A DNA stretch of 57,254 bases from an uncultured Fibrobacterota bacterium (GCA_963753345.1 CAVWBU010000046.1:1-57254), one strand, 5' to 3'; shown: positions 1 through 9,948, numbered from the stretch's first letter. Translations and numbers: made by a program. Notes: generated from the sequence alone by a model not told the origin.

Positions 1-8
1 TTCTTCTG

Positions 9-174
9 CCGCGCGTTAGGTGGACTGGAGGGTGAGCCAGAGCGAATTACCGCCTGATCCCTAGCCGAAGGCGGTAGGAACAGGTGGTAACGAGGCGAAC
101 AGCCGAGCCCGGAAGGACGACGCCTCGAAGCACCCGAAGGGGTGGAACCGGCCCCGCGAAGCGGGGCAACGCCC
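9..174 (-). repeat. Structured repeat family A, copy 1 (Flavo-1-like candidate ncRNA)
   Basis: Minus strand reads GGGCGTT...CCTAACGCGCGG; highly similar to the copy at 37645-37812; multiple internal hairpins; an extra head fragment lies at 197-210. Confidence 0.85.
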
Positions 175-322
175 AAGTCTTTTCATTCCTGCGACGGCGA
201 GGGGAACGCCAATATCTTTTTATATAATTGGCCCCCCTTTCATAATAATTCGCTCTTTGGAAAGCGGCAAATTATATTCCTACCTGCTGATGCCAAAACC
301 ATAGGAAGCGGGTTGACTCACT

Positions 323-487
323 ATGAAGCTTGAAGAGCAGTTTGACCCGGACGAAATCCTGCGAGATGTGGGAGACGACGCCGCGGATGCCGAAGCTCCC
401 GAACACGTGAGGGAGCTTAATTTCGGCACGCTCCACGACCATAATGCCAATTTTCGGGAAATGGCAGGCGATCTGAATAACGAATAG
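323..487 (+). CDS. Small acidic hypothetical protein (54 aa)
   Basis: ATG323-TAG487, MKLEEQFDPDEILRDVGDD...; below the ORF-track cutoff; AGGAAG upstream. Confidence 0.45.
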   Translation: MKLEEQFDPDEILRDVGDDAADAEAPEHVRELNFGTLHDHNANFREMAGDLNNE

Positions 488-680
488 GGAACCTTCCCGG
501 GTTCCTTTCTCCCGCGCTCATGTATCCTCAAACGCAGTGACGCTCCACCGCCGCAATCCCACCGTCGGTCGTAGATACCATCAAATTTGCGTTTCCTCTC
601 AGGGATACGTAATTTCTCTTGCGTGGTGGAGTGTGCAGACCAAAGGCCGTTGGAACAACGCGCTCGGTTCAATCGTCTAA

Positions 681-888
681 TTGAATAGCACAGCCCGCGC
701 ATTCCCCGCGAGTTCGCTTGCGCGGCCACTCCTGTAGCTTGTAAGCAGGCGTAGTCGTGGTGGCGCGGGGTTAGCGGGCGAATATTTATTATTCTATTTC
801 CTTAGCTATGGAAGACCACGCAGTAGAGGCCGCAGACGTGCTTCGACCGCATGGCCAATCCCCGGCACTTGGGGCGGGGTTCTTCAAT
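681..888 (+). mobile_element. Miniature IS200/IS605-like non-autonomous element (family C), copy 1
   Basis: TTGAAT-AGCACAGCCCGCGCATTCCCCGC...GCGGGGTTAGCGGGCG...ATGGAAGA...GGGGCGGGGTTCTTCAAT; two subterminal hairpins; no ORF. Confidence 0.7.
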
Positions 889-1094
889 GTTCAAAGCGTT
901 GTTTGATGAAAAATCGGCGATTGGGCCTGAAGGTCTCCCGGTGTTGCATTGAAGAATAGATAAGTTGGTTAATGTTGTATTCCTCCAACACCTGCCTCTG
1001 TCAAGGCTGGGGAAGGTCGGCAATATCAAAGAATGTTTCCCCTTAAGCCAATTAAAAGACAGTTTGCCAAAACCACTCCATGGAGGTCCGTTCA

Positions 1095-1961
1095 ATGATC
1101 ACCAATCCACCACCCACCGCTTCTATGACAGGTAAACGAATAATCGTCACAGGCCCAACCTCGGGCTTCGGCAGAGAGATCGCCATGCAGCTTGCCCTGC
1201 TCGGCGCGGAGGTCGTGCTTGCCTGCCGGGACCCTGAATGCGGGGAGCGGGTGGCCGAAGAGATCGCGGCCCGAACCGGAAGGAAGGACTGCGCGGTTGT
1301 GCGCATCGACACCTCCAGCCAAAAGTCCATCCGCGAATTTGCACAACAGTTTTCCAAGAAATATTCCCGCCTCGACGTGCTTGTCAACAATGCCGGCATC
1401 AACCGGTCCAAGCGGCAGACGAGCGTTGACGGAATAGAACTCACCTTCGCCACCAACGTGCTCGGGTACTGGCTGCTCACGCAAGAGCTGCTCGACCTGC
1501 TGAAGGCGAGCGCGCCGGCGCGCATCGTGAACGTGGCGTCCACATACGCGGGCGACCTTGATCTTGCCGACCTCCAGTTCGAGCGCCGGGGCTACGACGC
1601 ACAAAAGGCGTACAAGCAGTCCAAGGCCTGCAACCGGATGCTCACCTGGGCGTTTGCGCGCCGGCTTGACAAAAGCGGCGTAAGCGCCAATGCCATGGCG
1701 CCCGGCCTGGTGGTGAAGACCGGCCTCTATCGCGACATGCGTCCTGCGGTGCGGGTCATCATGCGCGTGCTGGGCCTCTTGTTCGGCCGCAGCGTGGCTC
1801 AAGGGGCCGACACTGCCATCTGGCTGGCGAGCAGCCCGGAAGTGGAGGGCATGAGCGGGAAGTTTTTCGACCAGCGGAAGGAAGAGCCGTGCAGTTTCAG
1901 AAACCGGGACGCCGAAGAGACCCTGTGGCGCATTTGTGAAGGGTTGACAAAATCAAGCTGA
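1095..1961 (+). CDS. SDR family oxidoreductase (retinol dehydrogenase-like)
   Basis: TGPTSGFG, LVNNAG and YKQSK motifs; GGAGGT RBS before ATG1095. Confidence 0.92.
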   Translation: MITNPPPTASMTGKRIIVTGPTSGFGREIAMQLALLGAEVVLACRDPECGERVAEEIAARTGRKDCAVVRIDTSSQKSIREFAQQFSKKYSRLDVLVNNAGINRSKRQTSVDGIELTFATNVLGYWLLTQELLDLLKASAPARIVNVASTYAGDLDLADLQFERRGYDAQKAYKQSKACNRMLTWAFARRLDKSGVSANAMAPGLVVKTGLYRDMRPAVRVIMRVLGLLFGRSVAQGADTAIWLASSPEVEGMSGKFFDQRKEEPCSFRNRDAEETLWRICEGLTKSS

Positions 1962-2013
1962 GAGAAAAAGGGACGGCGGGCGCTGTGCGCGCCATGAGGG
2001 AATTGAGGACATT

Positions 2014-2763
2014 ATGATCGGCTTTAAAAGCGCAACTGCCGTTCTGTTGCTGCTTGTGATAGACATCGGCTGCGCCAGCATGCATAATGTCGGCATTCTC
2101 AAAACCGGCGTGGAGCATTGGAATAAATGGAGGGAAGAGAACAAAACGGCCAGGCCGGACCTCAGGAGGGCCCGTCTGAAGGGAGCCAACCTCGAGGGCG
2201 CCTTTCTTGAGGATGCCAATCTTTTAGGAGCCGATCTCGAAGGCGCCAACCTTGAGAAAGCCGACCTCCAGCGGGCGATTCTCAAATTTGCCAACCTGGA
2301 GAAGGCAGACCTTCGCGGGGCCAACCTCCGGCAGGCCTTTGCCCGGAATGCCAGGTTCCGGAAAGCAGACCTTAGGGGAACCAATCTTGAGGGGACCGAC
2401 CTTCGGCAGGATTCTCTTCAGGGAGACTCGCTGCAGGGAGACAACCTTCATGGAGCGGACCTCCGGGAAGCGGAGCTTCACGGAGCCGATCTCGCTGGAA
2501 CCGACCTTCGCGAAGCAGACCTCCGGGACGTGGACCTTGACGAAACAGACCTCAAAAACGTCAAATCGTTTTACAAGACGAAACTTGACCCGGAAGACCT
2601 CGCCATTATTAAGGGCAAATGGCCTGAAAAACTTGCAACGGTCCGGGACAGTGCGGACAAGAACTGGGTTGTCGACGATACACTGCTGAGGCAGATAAAA
2701 AAACCCGACTGGCAGGGGTGGCAGGAGGAGCAAGAACAGAAAAATGACAATGTCACCTACTAA
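2014..2763 (+). CDS. Pentapeptide repeat protein with N-terminal signal/lipoprotein-like leader
   Basis: A(D/N)LxG/x repeats; GVEHWNKWR N-cap; hydrophobic leader ending IGC. Confidence 0.88.
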   Translation: MIGFKSATAVLLLLVIDIGCASMHNVGILKTGVEHWNKWREENKTARPDLRRARLKGANLEGAFLEDANLLGADLEGANLEKADLQRAILKFANLEKADLRGANLRQAFARNARFRKADLRGTNLEGTDLRQDSLQGDSLQGDNLHGADLREAELHGADLAGTDLREADLRDVDLDETDLKNVKSFYKTKLDPEDLAIIKGKWPEKLATVRDSADKNWVVDDTLLRQIKKPDWQGWQEEQEQKNDNVTY

Positions 2764-2797
2764 ACAATCAGGGGATATTCCCGGGGAGGTTCCGATC

Positions 2798-3106
2798 ATG
2801 AAGTGGTATAACTTGGTGGCGTGCTTTTTTGCCGGTTTTTTTCTCGCAAATGTGGTTCCTCATTTCATTCACGGCATTTCGGGCGCGGCTTTCCCAACAC
2901 CCTTTGCAAATCCTCCGGGCAAGGGCCTGTCTTCTCCCACGGTCAATGTTCTATGGGGCCTGGCCAATCTTGTGGTGGGGTATCTTTTGTTCAGAGCCGG
3001 GAAAATATCACCCGACAGAAAATGGAACCTTCTTGTGTTCTTCGCCGGGATCCTGGTGGTAAGCGTGATGTTGAGTTTCGCGTTTGCAAACGTTGCTCAC
3101 TTGTGA
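2798..3106 (+). CDS. Small membrane protein
   Basis: Three hydrophobic segments; FPTPFANPPGKGLSSP motif; GGAGGT RBS before ATG2798. Confidence 0.8.
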   Translation: MKWYNLVACFFAGFFLANVVPHFIHGISGAAFPTPFANPPGKGLSSPTVNVLWGLANLVVGYLLFRAGKISPDRKWNLLVFFAGILVVSVMLSFAFANVAHL

Positions 3107-3141
3107 CACGTTGAGAAAACGTCCTATCCGGGAGAAGCCAT

Positions 3142-3579
3142 ATGTCCTCACGAGCAATGATTGATGAGTTCATGGCCCAGAAAAGGCTTGCTTTGGTTCG
3201 GGCATCGCGAAAGACACCCGTCTCCGGATTCAACATTGACAAGGAGCTTGGAGCCAAGGGATACGCCGTTTCCGTGGTATATCTTGATGAAGACGGCCCC
3301 GGCTCAAAGCCGAGTGACTTGAAAGATTGGGTGGGCGGGGTGACACTTGCAGTACCGGCCGACCAGGCGGAAAAGGCGGTCCGACGGGTGATTGAAGCCG
3401 GGATCCCGCGGGTCTGGATGCAGCGCGGCTCCGAGTCCGAAGCGGCCATTCTGTTATGTGAAGAGAAGCATATCCGGGCGATTCATGGCGAATGCGTTAT
3501 GATGTTCGCCGAACCCGTCAAGTCGTTTCACGCGTTCCACAGATTGATCCGGAGGCTGCGCGGAAAACTGCCGACGTAG
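3142..3579 (+). CDS. CoA-binding protein (YccU-like)
   Basis: AGIPRVWMQRGSES and GECVMMF motifs. Confidence 0.85.
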   Translation: MSSRAMIDEFMAQKRLALVRASRKTPVSGFNIDKELGAKGYAVSVVYLDEDGPGSKPSDLKDWVGGVTLAVPADQAEKAVRRVIEAGIPRVWMQRGSESEAAILLCEEKHIRAIHGECVMMFAEPVKSFHAFHRLIRRLRGKLPT

Positions 3580-3628
3580 CACAGGACCATCGCGCTTTGA
3601 TCTCGACGCAAAGGCTTGTGTTATCACC

Positions 3629-3794
3629 CTGAATAGCACAGCCCGCGCATTCCCCGCGAGTTCGCTTGCGCGGCTACTCCTGTAGTATGTATGCAGGCGT
3701 AGTCGTGGTGGCGCGGGGTTAGCGGGCGAATATTTATTATTCTATTTCCTTAGCTATGGAAGATTCCCCGCCACTTGGGGCGGGGTTCTTCAAT
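3629..3794 (+). mobile_element. Family C miniature element, copy 2
   Basis: Near-identical to copy 1 over about 133 nt; CTGAAT left end, GGTTCTTCAAT right end. Confidence 0.72.
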
Positions 3795-3840
3795 GATTTC
3801 TCTTGAAATAGAACAGCAACCAATGCCGGAGGCACGGTTC

Positions 3841-4485
3841 ATGAAAATCATGGTCATCAACGGCAGCCCTCGAAAATCCTGGAACACCGCGACGTTGTTG
3901 AACAAGGCGATTGAAGGCGCGGCTTCACAAGGCGCGAAAACGGAACTTGTCCACCTTTACAACCTCGATTACAAGGGCTGCAAGAGTTGTTTTTCCTGCA
4001 AACTCAAGGGCGGCAAAAGTTACGGCAGGTGCGCTGTGCGCGATGACCTGGCGCCCATTCTTGCCCGGATCGCGGATGCCGGAGCATTGATCCTGGGTTC
4101 GCCCATCTACCTCGGCGTCGCGACCGGCGAGATGAGGTCGTTTCTGGAGCGGCTCACGTTTCCGTTTCTGGTGTACGACCGTCAGCGCTCATCCCTCTTT
4201 ACAAAGAAGATGCCGGTCGGGCTCATCTATACCATGGGCGCGCCGGAAAGCAGGGTGAGGGATTTGGGATACGAACAGCAATTCAAATTGATGGAATCTA
4301 TCATGACCAGGATTTTTAAGGGACCGTCCGAGTCGCTCGTGGTCACCGACACGTATCAATTCGACGATTATGCGAAATATGTTGCCACGGGAATGGATGC
4401 CGATGCCAAGGCAAAACGGCGGCGGGAAGTGTTTCCGGAGGACTGCCGGAAAGCTTACGACATGGGCGCCCGGCTTGCCCGGTAG
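3841..4485 (+). CDS. Iron-sulfur flavoprotein / flavodoxin family protein
   Basis: INGSPRKSWNT, CKSCFSC...C and GSPIY motifs; GGAGG RBS before ATG3841. Confidence 0.92.
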   Translation: MKIMVINGSPRKSWNTATLLNKAIEGAASQGAKTELVHLYNLDYKGCKSCFSCKLKGGKSYGRCAVRDDLAPILARIADAGALILGSPIYLGVATGEMRSFLERLTFPFLVYDRQRSSLFTKKMPVGLIYTMGAPESRVRDLGYEQQFKLMESIMTRIFKGPSESLVVTDTYQFDDYAKYVATGMDADAKAKRRREVFPEDCRKAYDMGARLAR

Positions 4486-4509
4486 TTGACAAGTGGGATA
4501 CTGATATCT

Positions 4510-5580
4510 CTACAGCACATACTTCGAAACATCCGCGAACTGTATCACGGTCGGCTGCCGCCCCTGCTGGATGACGGTATAGGTCCCGCCCGTCGGTTTG
4601 CCGCCGCTGACGGCGATATTGTAGACAACCGCGCCCGGGTAAATACCCGTCACAAAAACCGTGTCCGTAACCGTGCCGGTCTGGGAAAGTATGTTGGTGA
4701 TCACCGTATATTGCGTGCCGGCAAGCGTCAGGTAAAAATCCCGGTAGTCAATATAGACAATGGAAACAGTGACCAGCAAACCGCTCAGGACCGCATTGTA
4801 GGTAAGGGTGCCGGTGGTGTCGCCCTGCACCTGTTCGGAACCGAGCGAGCCGAGCTTGGTGAGCTTGGCCTGGGAATGCTTGACCGTTGCGTTCATTGCG
4901 ATGAAAAACTCCGTGTCCGTAACCGCCCTGTACCCGTTCGCAAAGAAATATTCGGTGGTTCCCAGGGAATCATGCACAACCGCGAGCCTGTAAAGATGCG
5001 GTCCGGGCGCAACAGGCGAATCGGAACACATGGTATCCGCGGTCGTTGTGCAGATGGCTGCCCACAATGCGCCGGTGGAATCGGACTTGGAAGCAATGAC
5101 GCGGATGCCGGAAAGCGGCTTTCTCCAGGAAAGCAAGACCCTGTCTGCAAAAGAACCGTGCGAGGCGGTGAAAGCGGGGATATATGTTGTGGAACTCAGA
5201 AGCGCCATGCCCATGTCCGGATCGCTCGGCATGCTTGTATCTCCAACACCCAATACCGTTCGGACCCGATAGAAGTAGGTGGTCTCCGGAACCACGGAGG
5301 AATCGTAATATTCCAGCCCGGATACCTCGGAGGAAATGAGAAAAAAGGAATCGGCTGAACCTTTTGCGCGGTACACGAGATAGCCTTTTGCGCCGGAAAC
5401 GCTGTCCCAGGTGATTTCAACCGTGCCGTTCCTGAGCGTATCGGTAACAATGACGTTTGCGGGTATGTCCTGGGAACGGTACTTGCCTTCTGTCGGTTTC
5501 ACCGATGAGCCTGAACATCCGAAGATCAACCACGCAAGCACGCCGCAGAGGCCGGCACTTTCAACGACTGTTCTTCTCAT
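4510..5580 (-). CDS. Lipoprotein with fibronectin type III-like domains
   Basis: Lipobox IFGC; ITWDSVSGAKGYLVYR and TYFYRV FN3-like motifs. Confidence 0.8.
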   Translation of the reverse strand: MRRTVVESAGLCGVLAWLIFGCSGSSVKPTEGKYRSQDIPANVIVTDTLRNGTVEITWDSVSGAKGYLVYRAKGSADSFFLISSEVSGLEYYDSSVVPETTYFYRVRTVLGVGDTSMPSDPDMGMALLSSTTYIPAFTASHGSFADRVLLSWRKPLSGIRVIASKSDSTGALWAAICTTTADTMCSDSPVAPGPHLYRLAVVHDSLGTTEYFFANGYRAVTDTEFFIAMNATVKHSQAKLTKLGSLGSEQVQGDTTGTLTYNAVLSGLLVTVSIVYIDYRDFYLTLAGTQYTVITNILSQTGTVTDTVFVTGIYPGAVVYNIAVSGGKPTGGTYTVIQQGRQPTVIQFADVSKYVL

Positions 5581-5785
5581 GAAGACAATCCTTCAAAAGG
5601 ATGATAATGATCAGGCAAATGTTTTCAGGGCAATGAAAAATCTAAAATACCATTATGAAAGTACTTTGTTCCTGGGCCGCGGGTAATTTTATTGGAAAAG
5701 AATCCTTGAAAATAGCAAGATATCTTGGTATTTTAATGGCCTGCGGTAATCAACCTTTTCCCACTTACTTCCAAAAGGAGTCAGC

Positions 5786-6301
5786 ATGAAGCGCAAAAAT
5801 GTTCTTGCTCTTGTTGCCGTTGTTGCTGGTGTCATGATGTGGGGATGCTCCAACTCCTCGACCGGTCCCTCAGCGCCTTCGACCGCGGACTTGATCGGAA
5901 AGTGGATATTTTCATCCGTGATCATGAAAGGGACCACAACGATCCATCTCGGCATAACCGGCGTACCGGACAGCACCTACCAGACCGACACCACGATAAC
6001 ATTTTCCGGCACCGCCAACTACGCCCAATTGAATGCCGACATGACCTATGCGACTCAAATGCCCGGAATGGCCTCAACGGGAGCGCCGGTTTCGGACACA
6101 GGCACATGGTCGCTTTCCGGCAGCAGCCTCAGATTGATCAGCGTTTCGAACGACACGACAAATCTTAATGTGAGCGTGAGCGGGAAGAACGGCACGTTTG
6201 TAAACGTAACGTCTCAACGGCTGAACAATCCTACGGGTATTCTGCCGGGCTCGTATTATCAGATCGCAATGACCACCACAATGAGCGCCATAAAGCAGTA
6301 A
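5786..6301 (+). CDS. Lipoprotein, lipocalin-like domain
   Basis: Lipobox MWGC; LIGKW and GTWSLSG motifs; AGGAG RBS. Confidence 0.82.
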   Translation: MKRKNVLALVAVVAGVMMWGCSNSSTGPSAPSTADLIGKWIFSSVIMKGTTTIHLGITGVPDSTYQTDTTITFSGTANYAQLNADMTYATQMPGMASTGAPVSDTGTWSLSGSSLRLISVSNDTTNLNVSVSGKNGTFVNVTSQRLNNPTGILPGSYYQIAMTTTMSAIKQ

Positions 6302-6327
6302 TAGCGAGTCGCGTATGTTGATGCCGA

Positions 6328-6364
6328 CGTGCGGAACAGTTTTCTGTTCCGCACGATTTTTTTT
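6328..6364 (+). terminator. Rho-independent terminator
   Basis: CGTGCGGAACAG-TTTT-CTGTTCCGCACG perfect stem followed by a T run. Confidence 0.85.
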
Positions 6365-6432
6365 GCGGCGCAAAATGACTTGTTTTCACGTTCACGGATT
6401 GGAGCTGAAGAGGAAGTAGATTCCCGTTCTCT

Positions 6433-7122
6433 CTAAAAACAGTACGCCACGCCCCCCTTGACTCCGCCATTCCTTGTGGTTCCCAGAGAGAAGTGCAATG
6501 TCGGAATATTCCGGCATTCTGCTCTCCGGCCATCACGTGCCTGTGACTTTGAGACCAGAGCATCGGTGGACAACAGGACGCAAGAAGTGGTGGAAAGGAT
6601 GCCTTCGGAGAGGAGTACGGCCGGAGGCGGCGCTCCGCCGCCGCCGGCGGCGATGCCAAGGATGATCGCAAGGAAGGCATTCGACAGACCAAAAGAGATC
6701 CAACCGGGGATGCGAAGCCCGAGGAGCCCGTGAGCGCCGGTATGGCGTGAAGACGATCCGCCCGCCGCAACAACAGGAACGGCTATGTCACAGAGCAACT
6801 GCGACGTGATTCCGAGTGGAGCGGATGGCACCGCATCATCTGATTGTGACCGGGCGATTGTTGAGCCGATGCTCAATCCCAGGATCACGGGCGAGAATAC
6901 AAAACCTGCGACGCCTGCGCCGTTGCCCCATCCGGTCCATTGAGAACCTTCGACGTTTGCCCCGGATGTTGTCAAAGATCCGCCGGTCTGAGACGATGGT
7001 TCAACGCATTCGCCATTCACGCAGACCCGGTTGCCCTTGCAATCGGTATCTTTGGTGCATTGACCGAAAGTTTCCATCGAGGCCAGCATAACCATTAACA
7101 AAACAGGAATTATTCGATACAT
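6433..7122 (-). CDS. Membrane protein with N-terminal Cys-rich motif
   Basis: Signal peptide, CTKDTDCKGNRVCVNGEC, several hydrophobic segments; AGGAGG upstream. Confidence 0.75.
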   Translation of the reverse strand: MYRIIPVLLMVMLASMETFGQCTKDTDCKGNRVCVNGECVEPSSQTGGSLTTSGANVEGSQWTGWGNGAGVAGFVFSPVILGLSIGSTIARSQSDDAVPSAPLGITSQLLCDIAVPVVAAGGSSSRHTGAHGLLGLRIPGWISFGLSNAFLAIILGIAAGGGGAPPPAVLLSEGILSTTSCVLLSTDALVSKSQARDGRRAECRNIPTLHFSLGTTRNGGVKGGVAYCF

Positions 7123-7497
7123 ACATGACCTCCTTTCTCAATAGAGAAAATACGGTTTGTCGAGGTTCCTGTCAATCCAGGCAACGGAAACTTCTTGTGT
7201 CGCTTCCTTGCTTTTTGGCCATGCCTTCAATACTGTATCATATCCTGCCTGTGTTGGCCGGTATTAAACCAAACATGAACATAAAGGTTGAACATCACTG
7301 CCCGCCTTTCCCGAAAATGCGAACCCATTTCCCAAATTCGCGAACAGTATACAGTACCAACAAACAGGAATATTGTTGAAATGACAAATTGCCTTCTTGC
7401 CTGAGAATCGTTGATGATCTGGCCTAATACTTGCAGATTATCACGATTGACAATCATAGACGCCGGAAAACTCTTCAAGAAAGAAAGGGGATTTACC

Positions 7498-7671
7498 ATG
7501 GCCAGGAAATTGAAAAAAGCGGTTCACAAGAAGGCGAAGAATGCGGTGACCAAAGGTTCCAAGCTTACGTGCAAGGAATGCGGTCTGGAGCTGGTGGTCG
7601 TTGATGACTGCGGTTGCGCGGACCCGTGCGACGTGATGTGCTGCGGGGAGCAGATGGTGGTGTCGTGCTGA
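7498..7671 (+). CDS. Small Cys-rich desulforedoxin-like metal-binding protein (57 aa)
   Basis: CKECG...DDCGCADPCDVMCCGEQM; basic N-terminus; AAAGGGG RBS; terminator downstream. Confidence 0.75.
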   Translation: MARKLKKAVHKKAKNAVTKGSKLTCKECGLELVVVDDCGCADPCDVMCCGEQMVVSC

Positions 7672-7705
7672 AATTTGTTCTTAGTGTATTCGCTGTTTGA
7701 TTTTG

Positions 7706-7736
7706 AAAATGCTCGCACCTTGCGGGCATTTTTTTT
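7706..7736 (+). terminator. Rho-independent terminator
   Basis: AAAATGCTCGCA-CCT-TGCGGGCATTTT plus T run. Confidence 0.75.
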
Positions 7737-7821
7737 ACCAGCTAAATTATTGAGAAGCTAGGGGTCTCTTTGCTCTGCCCGCACAGCGCCTAACATGGAA
7801 CGTGGCAATGGCTGATGCCCA

Positions 7822-7972
7822 GCGTTAGGAACGACTGGAGGTCGCGCTGGAGCGCGATGCCGCCTGACCACGGCCCGCAAGGCCTTCGTGGCAGGCGGCC
7901 CGAGGCCGGAGGCCGAGACCGGAAGGAGGGCCGACCCGAGCCTGAGTCTTGACGAAGGCGAGGGGAACGCCC
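7822..7972 (-). repeat. Family A structured repeat, copy 2
   Basis: Minus strand GGGCGTTCCCCTCG...CCTCCAGTC...CCTAACGC. Confidence 0.82.
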
Positions 7973-8013
7973 AAGTCTTTCTTCAATCTATCTGGTACCT
8001 GCTCTTGATTCTC

Positions 8014-8958
8014 CTACGCCTTCTTCACCTGCCCCTCCACCTTCGATTTCTGTATCGTGTTCATGGCAGTCGAAACCAGCGCCGCGACATCGGCGAGGTT
8101 GGACGGCAGGATCATGGTGGTGCTCTGTTTTGCGATATTCCCGAACTGCGTAATGAACTGTTCCGCAACCCTGAGCTGCACGGCCTCGAACCCGCCCGCT
8201 TCGTTGATGGATTGCGCGACCTTGCGGATTCCCTCGGCCGTGGCCGCCGCGACTGCCAAAATGGCCGCGGCTTGGCCTTCGGCCTCGTTGATGCGCTGCT
8301 GCTTGGTTGCCTCGGACGCCTTGATCACCTTCTGCTTTTCGCCCTCGGCGTTGTTGATCGCCGCATCGCGCGTTCCCTCGGACTGCAGGATAACCGCGCG
8401 TTTTTCCCGTTCGGCCCGCATCTGTTTTTCCATGGCCGCCAGAACGTCCTGCGGCGGGGTGATGTTCTTGATTTCGTAGCGGAACACCTTGACGCCCCAC
8501 GACTCGCTCGCCTTGTCGAGCTCCGTGACCACGAGCATGTTGATTTGTGAGCGCATCTCGAAGGTGCGGTCAAGCTCGATCTTTCCGATTTCGGAGCGCA
8601 GCGTGGTTTGCGCAAGCTGTGTGATGGCGAACAGCAGGTTCGCAACACCGTAGGATGCACGCTGGGGGTCGACGATCTTGTAGTACAGCACGCCGTCGAC
8701 AGCGACCTGCACGTTGTCCCTGGTGATGCACACCTGTTCGGCGATTTCAAGCGCGGTCTCCTTGAGGCTGTGGCGGTAATGCACCGAGTCGAAGAACGGC
8801 CACAAGAAGTGAAAGCCCGCGTTCTTGACTTCGTGGAAGCGGCCGAGCCGTTCCACCACGTACGCGCTCTGCTGCGGGATGACGATGACGCATCGGGAAA
8901 GCACGATAAGCACGAGCACAACCGCAACGATTGCAACGACGATAATTCCTCCGGACAT
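8014..8958 (-). CDS. SPFH/band 7 (paraslipin, QmcA-like) protein
   Basis: VVERLGRF, ITRDNVQVAVDG, AMEKQMRAEREKRA. Confidence 0.95.
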   Translation of the reverse strand: MSGGIIVVAIVAVVLVLIVLSRCVIVIPQQSAYVVERLGRFHEVKNAGFHFLWPFFDSVHYRHSLKETALEIAEQVCITRDNVQVAVDGVLYYKIVDPQRASYGVANLLFAITQLAQTTLRSEIGKIELDRTFEMRSQINMLVVTELDKASESWGVKVFRYEIKNITPPQDVLAAMEKQMRAEREKRAVILQSEGTRDAAINNAEGEKQKVIKASEATKQQRINEAEGQAAAILAVAAATAEGIRKVAQSINEAGGFEAVQLRVAEQFITQFGNIAKQSTTMILPSNLADVAALVSTAMNTIQKSKVEGQVKKA

Positions 8959-8980
8959 GGATTCCTCCCGGGAAAAATGG

Positions 8981-9418
8981 TTACTTTGGTTTTACGATGA
9001 ACTTGAGTCCGTCGCGCGCCGCAACAATACACGCGGCGTTCGTCTCGAGCGGAGCCGTCCCGTCGTTGCGCGCCTGCCAGGTGCTTCCGCGGAGTTCCAC
9101 CTTGCCGGTGGCGCCGGGAGCAATGGTCTCCAGCGCGCGTCCGGTCTCGCCCACGAACTCCTGCACGTCGGCCTTGGGCGTGGAACGGGCGACTTTTCTG
9201 GCAAGCGGCCTGCGGAAAACGGCGATGGAAAATATTGACAAGAAGGCAAACAGCAGCATCTCGATCCACGCGGTGTGAATCACCGGGGCAAGCGCGCCGG
9301 TGACAATGGCAGCCGCGCCCACGAACATGAGGTAGAACCCGCCCGGCGTCAGCGTCTCGGCGGAAAGCGTGATGATCCCGAACACCAGCCACACCCACCA
9401 TGCGACTTGCATATGCAC
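8981..9418 (-). CDS. NfeD family protein
   Basis: Hydrophobic N-half, GKVELRGSTWQA OB-fold motif; adjacent to the SPFH gene. Confidence 0.92.
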   Translation of the reverse strand: MHMQVAWWVWLVFGIITLSAETLTPGGFYLMFVGAAAIVTGALAPVIHTAWIEMLLFAFLSIFSIAVFRRPLARKVARSTPKADVQEFVGETGRALETIAPGATGKVELRGSTWQARNDGTAPLETNAACIVAARDGLKFIVKPK

Positions 9419-9603
9419 TCCAGCGGTTATGTGTCTCGCACAACAACGTATATCTTGCTCTATCGAAAATAGATGGTTGTAGGGGGAAAAGGAATATCAT
9501 CAATCGATAATAAAAACTTGCTGGTGGGAGCATCTGGAAATCAAGAGCAAGTGTTGGGCGTTCCCCCTTCTGCAGAGGCGCATGGTAAAACAGAAGAAGT
9601 CTT

Positions 9604-9743
9604 GGGCGCCCCGCTGCTTCGCAGCGGCGGCCCTCCTTCCAGGCTCGGCCTTCGGCCTCGTTGCCGCTTGTCCCAACCGCCTTCGGCTAGGGATCAAGCG
9701 GCAATGCGCTCCAGCGCACCTTCCAGTCCTGCCTGGCGCGCGG
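9604..9743 (+). repeat. Family A structured repeat, copy 3 (GCGCC/GGCGC variant)
   Basis: GGGCGCCCC...CCTGGCGCGCGG; extra head GGGCGTTCCCC at 9556. Confidence 0.82.
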
Positions 9744-9826
9744 CAGATGAAATCTATTCGGCCAAGTACATCTTTGCGCCAGGCGGAATCCTTGGAAGGA
9801 ACGTGGGTTCTCTCTCACAAGTCCCG

Positions 9827-9854
9827 CTGTCAACTGCCAACTGTCAACTTTTAA
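9827..9854 (+). repeat. Heptamer tandem run (CTGTCAA)n
   Basis: CTGTCAA CTGCCAA CTGTCAA CTTTTAA. Confidence 0.85.
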
Positions 9855-9948
9855 CTCTCTTTCTCGGTGCCCCGCAGGAAGGAAAGTGACAAAGGCAAAC
9901 GACATAATGGAAGGTGCGCGGCACCACTACCAAACCCTTAAGGAACGT

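Noticed and set aside
7787-7830. GCCTAAC...GTTAGGA resembling integron attC R boxes
   Set aside because: Too short, no L boxes, no integrase; the GTTAGG is the end of a family A repeat
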